NCBI GenBank assembly: GCA_028534125.1
Contig: CM052832.1
Coordinates: 23,686,001-23,750,000, forward strand
Direction: 5' to 3'
DNA: 64,000 nt
Origin: Lama glama
Lineage: Eukaryota
Part shown: positions 41,001 to 53,000 of the stretch, piece by piece
How the letters are laid out: the number at the start of each line of letters is the position of its first letter
Numbering within the stretch: position 1 is the first letter of the stretch
Notes under the pieces: model-generated
Database searches by the model: none
The model's input: the letters and a program-made list of their open reading frames with translations, nothing else
Told to the model about the DNA's origin: nothing
Translations under genes and position numbers: made by a program

Positions 41001-44000
41001 GATCACTGCTTTCAAGTCTGCTTTAGCTCTTTTGTAGCTGTTACCTCCTGGTCCCTTCTCCACCTGCCCTGCCTGAAATACAGTCATCACCATACCTTTA
41101 AATCCGACCTTGTGAGGCAGAAGTGCCTTTGAATACCTTTGAGGCAGAGGTGATGACTAGTTAATTACTGTCTTTGGCATCTTTATTTTTAGCTCTTTGT
41201 CTTATAATCACTTGAGGTATCTCAGAGGCCATGTGGATAGCCATTTGCTCCTGAGAGTCTGGTACAGTTTTTCAAATAAGTATCTTAGGGGAAGAAGGCA
41301 GGGTGGGTAGTCATCCAGGGGGCGGATCTGAAGGAGAGCGCTTGTGGAGCTGGGCCGTTGCCGGTCCTTGCTGATACGCGGGTGAGCAGAGCCATGGGTA
41401 AACACTGGGCATCGCTGAATGATGTCTGTGCTGGGCCACTTCACTCGGGGGCTTCACTTCTAGTTTATTCTGCTATGAAAAAGCATTATGAAACTGAGCA
41501 CCTTGATTTTGCATTTTCATCATTTAAAATATCACTTCCACTCATGTAATTCTGTCTCTTTGGTGCTAAAAATTTTAGTTCCTGAGTAAATAACACATTT
41601 ATGCACAAGATTTAAAAAGCAAATTATGACAGGATTCACAATGAAAAGTACGTCTCTTGTCCTCACTGTGTTATTTTCCATCCTTCCTCTCCCACCAAAG
41701 GCAATAGCTGTCTGTGGTTAGTTTCTTATAACTGAAGTTTCTTTATGCACGTGATGAGCAAATACACTTCTACTCTCTGTAGTCTTACTTCTCTCTACCT
41801 TGCTAGGAAAGGTTGTATACCACACTGCCTTCCTGCCCTTGACTTTACCATGGGTTAGCCTGGGCATTTCTTTGTTCTTCATTTACAGCTGTCTGGGTTG
41901 CCTATGGCATTTTGCATGTCCATGAGTTTATCTTTAAAAATAAAGACTTGGCTGTATTTTGCTGGTCAAAGGGTGTATGTATATGTTTGTAATTTGGGGT
42001 ACATATTGACAAGTTGCCTCCCACAAATTTTATGCTAACTTACACATCTACCTGCCTTGTTTAAAGTGTCACTCCTACTCTCATCAGCCACACTTTGGCC
42101 AGACGTGTTTGATCTCTGCCGGTCTGGCCGAGGGGAAGGGGCACGTCATCATGGTTGTGAGGCTTGAGATGGACTTCTCAGGCTGAGTGTTGGGAGACTT
42201 GGTTCTTACTTACTGCTGTTTCTGTAGGCCTTTTCAGAGTTTTTCCTGTATCCCTTTGCTTTTCAAGACTGGCATTTTGTTTGGGAGCATAATATTAACT
42301 CAATATCTTGTTATTTTATCTTTTTGAAGGCATTGGCACATCTTCCTCATCTTCAAACCCAGCAACCTCAGCCTTCAAATTTGGTATCCCATCTTCCTCT
42401 TCTGGGCCCTCTCAGACTTCAACAAACACTGGAAATTTTAAATTTGGAGATCAAGGAGGCTTCAAAGTAGGTGTGTCATCAGATTCTGGGTCTGTAAACC
42501 CCATGAATGAAGGCTTTAAATTTTCTAAACCAATAGGAGATTTTAAATTTGGAATTGCGTCTGATTCTAAACCTGAAGAAGTTAAAAAAGACAGTAAAAA
42601 TGATAATAATTTTAAGTTTGGACTTCCTTCTGGTTTAAGCAATCCAGCTTCTTTAGTTCCATTTCAGTTTGGGGTGTCTAATCTTGGGCAGCAAGAAAAG
42701 AAAGAGGAACTGCCTAAATCTTCATCTGCAGGCTTTAGCTTTGGTTCAGGTGTCATTAACCCTCCCCCTGCTGCTACTGACACCGTAGTGACCTCTGAGA
42801 GTAAGAGCAGCTTCAGTTTTGGAACCATAGATACCAAGAGTGTCTCGGTGGCTCCTTTCACGAGTAAGACGTCACAAGCGAAAAAAGAAGAAACACCTGC
42901 CACCAAAGGAGGGTTCACTTTTGGGAGCGTGGACCCTGCCCCCCTGCCATCTGCCTCGTTTGTTTTGGGAAGGACAGAAGAGAAACAGCAAGAGCCTGTC
43001 ACATCTACTTCTCTAGTGTTTGGGAAGAAACCTGATAATGAAGAGCCAAAGTGTCAACCAGTGTTTTCCTTTGGGAATTCAGAGCAAACCAAAGATGAGG
43101 GCTCTTCCAAGTCGACCTTTAGTTTCAATATGACAAAGCCATCGGAGAAGGACTCTGAACAGCCAGCAAAGCCCACTTTTGCTTTTGGAGCTCAGACCAG
43201 TACTACTGCTGGTAAGTACTACACATTTTTTACAAGGTGTCCTTGATCTCTGAACAAATGCAGCAAATCAAGGAATGGTGTACATACTTGAGAGAGCACC
43301 AGTAACAGAACTCTGGGAAGGAGCTGAGGATTTTCGGTTTCAACTGCTCCAAACTCCCCGAGTTCTGATGAAGTTATCTGCAGATCCAGTTTTGAGAAAT
43401 ACAGCTTTAATAGAAAGCCCACCATGTTTGCGTGTGTATGTTTCTCCCTTCTGTTGGGCCTTTATAATCAGAGTTGACAAATATTATTCAGGAAAATAGG
43501 TATTTTTTTTCTTAAGCTCATGAAATACTTTCTAACTAATAAAATCTTAATGTACAGGCCTTCGTTTACAGATAGAGACACATCATCTGGCACTTAAGGG
43601 ACATAGACAATAAATATAACAAATCCCTGAGAAATTGAGGTGATTATGAAAACTAAAATCCTGAAGAAAACATGAAATAGCATTTTTTAAAGTTAAAAAC
43701 AGTTGGTGAAATAAAATCATTGTGTGGACTGAGTAGCAGAAAAAACGTAGCTGATAATCAGATTAGTGAAGTAGGATTTCCCAGAATAATGCAAAAGAAC
43801 AGAGATGGATCTACGCTGAATCCACAGTTTCCATTGAAATAGGAGGGCTTAAAAATGAGAACAGTATGGAGGAAATATCAAAGAAGTGACAGAGAAAATT
43901 TCCTAGATGTAAAGGAAGAAAGACGCTGGTCTTAAAAATGGAAATGACCTGTTCATTGACAAAGACCAATTTTTAGGACATCCAAGCCAAAATCCTGAAT

Positions 44001-47000
44001 GCTTTTAGAGAGAGAAAAGCAGTTTGTCACAAATAAATAGGTTATCAGGCTAGCATTAGCCCTCTAGTTTGTAACATCAGATACTAAAAACAGTAGAGCA
44101 GTGTCCTCACAGTGAAAACACGGTCTTGAGCCTAGGATTCTGAAACCAGCCAGGTATTATCAGACATAAGAGCAACATATAGGTGTTTTTTGCAGACAAG
44201 CAAATAATCAAAAGTTGAACACCCACGAATACTTTTGTATAATAAACTGGAAACGCAAAAAAAAAGAATTAACCTGAAAAGAAATTGTATGGAATTCAGT
44301 ATATTGATGTGAGCAGTTTTTGTCTATAAAATTTTTACTTGAAAATTTAAAAACACCCTTCACCCTTCAAAGAAAACAAAAACTAATTTATAAATTATTA
44401 TTTAGAAAAGAATAAAAATGAGATGGGTCTAATCAAATGTATTTGTGGTATCACTATACTGTTTATTGAAATGGACATTTTTAACCTTCCTATATTACAA
44501 CTTGAAAGTGAGCCAACATGCTCCATTTTATGTAAATTCTACCAGTACCCATACCATAATGTGATGAGCTCCGTCTGGTAGATAGTATTGGAACTAAGAT
44601 TACTGGAACAAGTTTTAAAAAAAGTCTTCAGTAAGGTAGCTGGATTCAGGGTCAGCGTATAAAAAATCAATAGCTTTCCTCCCAATCAATAATAAATATT
44701 TGGATAACATACCTCATTTGTATTTTCTAAGATTTACAATTTGTATTTTATAGTATCAACAGAACCTGCAACATGCTTAAATAGTTAAGAGAACAAAAAA
44801 TACACATATTTTACACCTATTTCTGAATGAGAATATCCTTTACTCCCCATCTTACCCCAATATAATTCCACTTCTTAGAGGAATTTTTGTGGCACTTGAC
44901 AAGCTTAAGCGAATTCTAAAATTCGTATGGAGGGGAAAGTGGACAAGAAATTTGGGGTAAATGAAAAAGAATATGAAAACGAATATATATACATGACTGG
45001 GGCATTATGCTGTACCCCAGAAATTGACACATTGTAACTGACTATACTTCAATCAGAAAAGAAATTTTGGGTAGAAGGGCAGACGTGGTCAGTTTTGACC
45101 TACTAATATCAAACCATACTGCAAAGCTACAATATCTAAAAGAGTCTGGTAACAGTAACTAGAGAAAACAAAGATACATGTATTTGGAAGTTTAATGTGT
45201 CTTAAAATTGGAGTTAGAAATTAGTGAACAGAGGGTACACTAGTCAATAAAGGCTGCAGAGAAAATCGGATCCCATTAAGGTAAATGGAAATTACAATCC
45301 TGCTAACATAAATTGCAAAATCAAATTTATAAAGGTATAGCTATCTCCCACTCTTGGAATTTGCTATCCAAATACAATATCAAGTTAGATTTGGACTTAA
45401 GGAATATTTTTAATTAATCTGAATGCTGAAGGTTTTGCTATGTAAGAAAATCCATAAGCCATAAAAGAAAAGATGAATGTATTTAACTACATCAAACTTT
45501 AATATGACAGACGTCTATTCAGTGAACGGACCTATAAGAATAATGAACGATTCTGTTTTCCAACGGGCTCTTAGACTCTAGGGTAGGAAAAAATGCTTTT
45601 TGGCATTACTTGTTCTTAAAGATTTTTGTTTATTTCTTAATTTCTGTCTTGCAGATCAAGGTCCAGCAAAGCCAGTTTTTAGTTTTTTGAACAATTCCTC
45701 TAATTCAAGTACACCAGCCACTGTAGCTAGTGGCGGCCTGTTTGGCAGTTCCACCTCGACCTCCAGTGCGCCTGTGCATGCCTTTGTGTTTGGACAGGCC
45801 AGCAATCCTGTGAGCAGCTCTGCCTTTGGTAACTCTGCCGAGTCCAGTACATCTCAGTCTTTGCTGTTTTCTCAAGAGAGCAAACCAGCAACCACGTCGA
45901 GCAGTGGTTCAGCTGTCACCCCATTTATCTTCGGTCCAGGAGCCAGCAGTAATAACACTGGAACCTCTGGTTTCAACTTTGGAGCTACAACTACATCTAG
46001 CTCTGCAGGTACATTTAAAAAAGAAAAAAAGGTTGTAGTTGCATTGGCTTTCATTATAAGTAGATCAGCTCTTTGCAGATGATATAGCAGGTTTTCACAG
46101 AAGAGCGTGGCTGCCTTTGGATCATCTCTACCCAGGATGTTGTGATTATTCATTATGTGGAATAATGTACATCTTGTGTTCAAGTTTAATGCAATTAACT
46201 CTTGGAAGTGGTTCTTCTAATCTCATTAGGAATGTAATCGTTAGATTTTCCAAGTGGTTTTGTTTTTGAAATATTAAGTTGTAAATAGCCAGATGCTGGG
46301 GATTATTTTATTAGACAATAGTTCTCATTACTCAGTAGATACATGATCACAACATTAGCTGATTTCTGCAGTCTTAAATTTCTGATGGGAGATTAGTTGT
46401 CTTCCTACGTGTATTTCTTTGCCTAAAAAATTTTGGCTTCCAAGGTAGGAGTCTTGTTAATAGAAATTTTTGTTTGTATGGATTCTGTATGGTTTTACTA
46501 AATCACGGTAGAGAGAATTGTATTCTTAATCATTATTCAGAACTTGTCTTGATGAGATTTGGTCAACAAGGTAAAAGTCTGAAAAGAAGCTTGAAATTTG
46601 CTTTTCAGTTCATAGAGCTTTCTTGATTGAGGATTATCTCAGTTTAGCCATCGTGGTGACTCAGTGTTTCTGTGGGCCTCTAGGATCCTCCTTTGTGTTT
46701 GGCACTGGACCTTCAGCACCATCTGCCAGTCCAGCCTTTGGTGCTAACCAGACCCCAACATTTGGACAAAGTCAAGGTGCCAGCCAGCCTAATCCCCCAG
46801 GCTTTGGATCCATGTCGTCTTCAGCAGCATTATTTTCTGCTGGTTCTCAGCCTGCACCACCTACTTTTGGGACAGTGTCCAGCAGTAGCCAACCTCCTGT
46901 GTTTGGGCAGCAGCCTGGTCAGTCTGCATTTGGCTCTGGAACAGCTCCTAATTCCAGTAAGTGTGTAGTAGTGATGTAGTTTGTATTCATACTTGGGTTC

Positions 47001-50000
47001 TGTATGTCTTAACATTCGTTTCTTTGAACTTTGAAACTATGCATGTCCTTTTTTTGTTGTTTTTAACTATCTCCTGTACTTGGCAGAATAGAGACATATA
47101 TGTTTGGATTTACCTATGAACAACATTCCCAACTTTCACACAATTAAGCATTTTTAAGGTATGAAAGTGTTTGATTAAAATATAATTATTTCTCACTCTT
47201 TGATTTAGCAATGGGATTCATTCAGTCCTGGTTCTCCCCATCTAAATTTTGGGGCACACTAGTCTAGATTTGAACTATATTTTCTAATCCTCTTCATGAT
47301 TGAATTTACTTTGGAAAGTTGTACCACAGCTCCACTGCCGTTTCCTGGGACAGTCTGGCCGAGGTGCCTCATGGCACTTTCTATTTGATGATGCTAGCCT
47401 TTCACTTGATTTGCATATTTAAACAGACATTCTTGTGGCCTCTTTAATATGGCTGATCACACTGTATTATGATGATATATTTCCTCAAAATTGCACTATG
47501 TGTGTTTTTCTAATTGTGAAATACAACCTCACTTAGAACTAAGCATGAAATACAAATGAACAGTGTCAATACTGAAGCAAATGCTCTGTGACCACCCCAG
47601 GGACCCCTTCTGTAGCCCTTGTGTTCACTTTCCTCGCTCTGGTGGTATCTTGGCTTTTATGGGCATCACTTTTCTTGAGTTTTATTTAAGGTTAATTGCC
47701 AATACATGCATCTCTGGAAAATACAGTTTTGCCTGATTTTTGACTGTATAAATGGAATCTTACTGTATTCAGTCTTTTGTTTTTCTTTTTCTTCTCTTTT
47801 CTTTTTTTGGGGGGTGGGAGGTGGTCATTAGGTTTATTTATTTATTTTTACTGTAAGTACTGGGCGTTGAACTCAGGGCCTCATGTATGCTAAGCATGTG
47901 CTCTGCCACTGAGCTATACCGTCCCCTGAGAATTTTGTTTTAAACTACTTTTTTCTGGGGGAGGGTTAATTAGGTTTATTTGTTAATTATTATTCATTTT
48001 CAGACTCAACAGAGGTACTGGGAATCGAACCCAGGATCTCATGCGTGCTAAGTGCCCGCTCTACCACTAAGCTGTACCCTCCCCCTGTATTGATTCTTGC
48101 TTCTTTCACTGTCTTATTTCTAAGGTTCATCCATATTATTGCGTATAGTTTGTTCATTTTCTTCGCTGTAGAGTAAAGCACAGGTTGAATATTACCACAT
48201 TTTATCTATATACTGTTGATGAATATTTGAGTTACTCTTAGCTTCTAGGGAATGCAGCTCTAGCTCTGCACACTCTTGTGTATGTGCTTTGGGACACGCA
48301 TGTATGTTTCTGTAAGGTGTACACTGGGAAAGGGATTGTGGATTAAAAGGCATGCATCTTATGCTTCAGAAGATAACAAACTTTTTCTAATGGCTTGTGC
48401 CAGTTCACATCCTATCAGCATTATATGAGGATTCTCATATTTGAACTCTTCTTGATTTCATTTTTTGTGAGTTCTTTTTATAAGTTTTTTGGGCCGTTTT
48501 TATAATCGTTTTGCTTATTGATTTGTAGAAGTTCTTTATATATTCTGGATATTAGTATTTTGTCAGTTAGTACCTATAGCAAAATTTCTCCTGTTTTGTG
48601 ACGTGTTAACCATTTTAGTCAGGATTTTTAAATATGTTTTTTTCTCCTCCCATTATGGAATTAGAGTTTAGCTTTCTTTCACAGAGGTAGCATTGCCCTC
48701 AGTCCTATTACAAGTGACACTGTGTGGTTAGGTCAGTGTGCTGCATATACAAATGCTGTGTGATGTACTGTGATTTTCTTTCCTGTACAGAATTTTGGTT
48801 TTTTCCAGCATCAGTGATTCCCTCTTTTTATTAACATTTTCTTCTCCTATTTGTTTAGATCTCATCTCAGTTATTTGAGGGATATTGGCTGGTTTTCAGT
48901 ATCTAAAAATTTCTTACATAGTTTTTAAAAAAGTTTTTGGATTGGTTTTTAGTTTTTTTTAATTGAGATAGTTGATGTGCAATATTATATTAGTTACAGA
49001 TGTACACAATGTTTAAAGGTTATATTCCATTTAATACTGACTGTATTCCGTCTGTGGTATCATATATTTTTGTAGCTTACTTATTTTATACAAAATAGTT
49101 TGTACCTGTTAATTTCCTACCCCTATTTTGCACTCCTCCTCCTCCTCTGGTAACCACTAGTTTATACTCTATATCTGTGAGTCTGTTTCCTTTTTGTTAT
49201 ATTCACGATAGTGTTTCACTTTTTAGATTCCACGTGCAAGTGATACCATACAGTATTTGTCCTTTTCTGTCTGACTTAAATTAACTTCACTTAATACGCT
49301 CCAAGTCCATCCATGTTGCAAAGGGCAAAATTTCATTCTTTTTTATGACTGAGTACAGTTTTCCGCTGTGTGTGTATGCATCTGTTCATCTGTTGATGGA
49401 CACTTAGGTTGCTTTCATATCTTGGCGGCTGTAAGTAGTGCTGCCGTGAACGTTGGGGTACATGTATCATTTTGAATTAGTGTATTTAGGTCTTTTGGGA
49501 TATATACCCAGAAGTGGAATTGCTGGGTCATGGTAGTTCTATTTTTAGTTTTTTGAGAAACTGTCATACTGTTTTCCATAGTGGCTGCACTGTTTGTTAC
49601 TTGTGGCCTTTCTGATGATAGCCATTGTGACAGGTGTAAGGTGATACCTCATTATAGTTACAATTGGCATTTCTATGATGATTAATGATGTTGAGCATCT
49701 TTTCATGTGCTTGTTTCCCATCTGTATATCTTCTTTGGAAAAATGTCTGTTCAGGTCTTTGGAATTGTTTGATGTTAAGTTGTATGAGCTGTTTATATAT
49801 GATGCATATTAATCCCTTATTGGTCATATCATTAGCAAGTGTTTTCTCCCATTCAGTAGGCTGTCTTTTCATCTTGTTGATGATTTCCTTTTTTGTAGAA
49901 AAGCTTTTAATCTAATTGAGTCCCATATGTTTACTTTTACTTTTATTTCCTTTGCTTTAGGAGATAAAGCCAAAAAAATTTTGTTACGATTTATGTCAGA

Positions 50001-53000
50001 ATGTTCTGCCTGTGTTTTCTTCAAGAAGTTTTGTGGTTTCTGGCCTTACATTTAGGTCTTTCATCTATTTTGAGTTTATTTTTATAAACGGTGTGAGAAA
50101 ATATTCTGATTTCATTCTTTTACATGTAGCTGTCCAGTTTTTCCAGCACCACTTATTGAAGAGACTGTTTTTTCTCCATTGTATATTCTTGCCTCCTTTG
50201 TTATAGATTAATTGACCATAAGTGTATGGGTTTATTTCTGGGCTCTGTTCCATTGATCTGTGTGTCTGGTTTTGTGTCAGTACCATACTGTTTTGATTAC
50301 TGTAGTTTTGTAGTATAGTCTGAAGCCAGGGAGTGTTACTCCTCTAGCTCTGTACTTTCTCGAGATTGTTTTGGCTATTTGGGATCTTATGTGTTTCCAT
50401 ACAAATTTTAAAATTATTCTGTTTCTGTGAAAAATGCCCTGGGTATTTTGATAGGAATTGCATTAAATCTGTAGATTGCTTTGGATAGTGTAGTCATTTT
50501 AACAATATTACATCTTTTAATCCTTGAAGACGGTGTATTTTTCCATCTATTTGTGTTCAGTTTCTTTCATCAGCGTCTTAGAGTTTTCCGAGTACACATC
50601 TTTTACCTCCTTAGGTAGATTTATTCCTAGATATTTTATTCTTTTTGGTGCGATGGTAAATGGGATTGTTTCCTTAATTACTTTTTCTGATATTTCATTA
50701 TTGAGTATAGAAATGCAACAGATTTCTATATATTAGTTTTGTGTCCTGAAACATTACTGAGTTCATTGATGAGCTTTAGTAGTTTTCTGGTGGAATCTTT
50801 AGGATTTTCTATGTATAATACTGTGTCTTCTGCAAACAATGACAGTTCTCTTTTCCAATTTGGATTCCCTTTATTTCTTCTCTGATAGCTGTGGCCAAGA
50901 CTTCCAATACTATGTTGAATAAAAGTGGTGAGAGTAGGCACCCTTGTCTTGTTCTAAATCTTAGAGAAAATGCTTTCAGTTGAGTATGGTGTTAGCTGTG
51001 GGTGGTCAAATATGGCCTCTATTATGTTGAGGTATGTTCCCTCTTTGCCCACTTTCTGGACAGGTTTTATCACAAATGGATGTTGAATTTTGTCAAAAGC
51101 TGTTCCTGCATCTATTAAGATGATCATATGATTTTTATTCAGTTTTATTACAGTTTGTTAACGTGGTGTATCACATTGGATTTTGGATATTGAAAAATCC
51201 TTGCATCCCTGGGGTTCATGGTATGTGACCCTTTTAATGTATTCTGGGATGTGGTTTGCTAATATTTTGTTGAGGATTTTTCCGTATGTGATCATTAGTG
51301 ATATTGGTCTGTAATTTTCTTTTTTCATGGTATCTTTGTCTGGTTATGGTATCAGGGTGATGGTGGTCTTCACATAATTTTTAACCTGTTCCTGCCACTG
51401 GCTTCCTGGGCCTGCTGTTCATGGTCTTGGGGGTCTCTTTAAAAACCATTCTAACGGATTCCTTTTAGCTTCCTCTTACAGGAATCTGTTTCCTGGATAT
51501 CGTGACTTCTTCCTTCTTATTCCCTTGTTTTGAGAGAGTTTATCTTTCTTAAGGGCTCAAAGAAGAAAATTTTGAGACCTTACATTTCTGGAAGGATCTT
51601 TATTCTGCCCCCATGCTTGGTAACATTTTGGTAGAATGTAGATTTAGATTGGAAATCATTTTCATAATTTTGAAAACATTTCTCCATTGTGGACATTTTG
51701 GCTCCCAGAATTGCTCTGTCTCCTCTAACCCCCATATTGGCTTTAAAAAAAATTGTTTTTTTAACTTTCCCCTTTCCCTCCACTTTTTGTCTTTGTCGTA
51801 CTTTCTGGAGAGATTTCTTCAAGTTGTCTTTAACCACACCTATTGAGATTTTTACTTCGGCTAGTATTACTTTTTAATTTCCAAATGGTCCTCTATTCTC
51901 TGTAGATGTTTCCTTTTTATATCCTCTGCTTCTGTTTTAGAATTGTTACCTATTGATTGTTTAAGGATGTTAATGATGAGGTTGGTTTTCTTTGCTTGTT
52001 TTTTCTTAATGCTTTTGCTTAGCTAGTTTTCTCCTAATTCTTTTTCTTATTATTGTTTTCGTCTTATGAGACACTTCCCTCAAATGTCTGGTGCTTCCTG
52101 ACTTGCAGTGCTTGGTGGGGTCTGTTGTTGCTGTTTGTAAATTGTAGTAAGAATGTTTAACGTGAGATCTGTCTCTCCTGTGAACAAACGAAGTGCACGC
52201 AAGGCAGTGTTGTGGACTGTAGGCACGACGTTGTCCCAGATCTCTTGCAGAACTGAAAGTTCATACCTGCTGAATAGCAGCTCCCTTCCTCCACAGCCAC
52301 CATTCTTCTCCCAGCCCTCCGCAGTTGGGTTGTTTTAGACCTCATGGCAGTTGAAATCACGCAGTGCATGTTCGTCTGTGACTGACTTGTCTCACTTAGC
52401 ATAACATCTATGTCCTCTAGACGCGTCCGGGATTTCCCATATTCCAAGATTAATAATACACAGTTTTTCTTTCTCTCTGCATCTGTCGGTGGACATTTAG
52501 GTTGTTTCTGTGTCTTGGCCATTGTGAGTAATGCTGCGGTGAATAAGAGAGTCGTACCTTTTTGAGGTCAGAATTTCAAATCTTTCGGGTAAATGACCAA
52601 AATAGGATTGCTAGATCATAAGACAGTTCTATTTCTAAGTTTTTTTTTTTTTAATTTCTCAGTTTTTGAGGAACCTCCAATACTGTTCCATAGTGGCTGC
52701 ACCAACTTACATTCCTGCCAATAATTCACAATAGTTCCCCTTTCTCCACAGCCTGCCAACACTTGTTATTTCCTATCTTTCTGGTAATAGCCATTCTGAG
52801 GGGTGTGACGTGACACCTCCTAGTGGTTTTGATTTGCATATTCCTGATGATCAGGGAGGGCGAGCATCTTTTCATACACCGGTTGGCTATTTGTATGTTT
52901 TCTTTGGATAAATATCTATGCAAGTTGTTTGCGTATTTTTAAATTTGGTTATTTGGGGGTTTTGTTTGTTTTATTTTTGTGTGATTTTTTTTTTTAAATC

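Noticed and set aside
49597..50941. RT/ORF2-like ORFs
   Set aside because: Frameshifted, 5'-truncated L1 remnants, not an active element.
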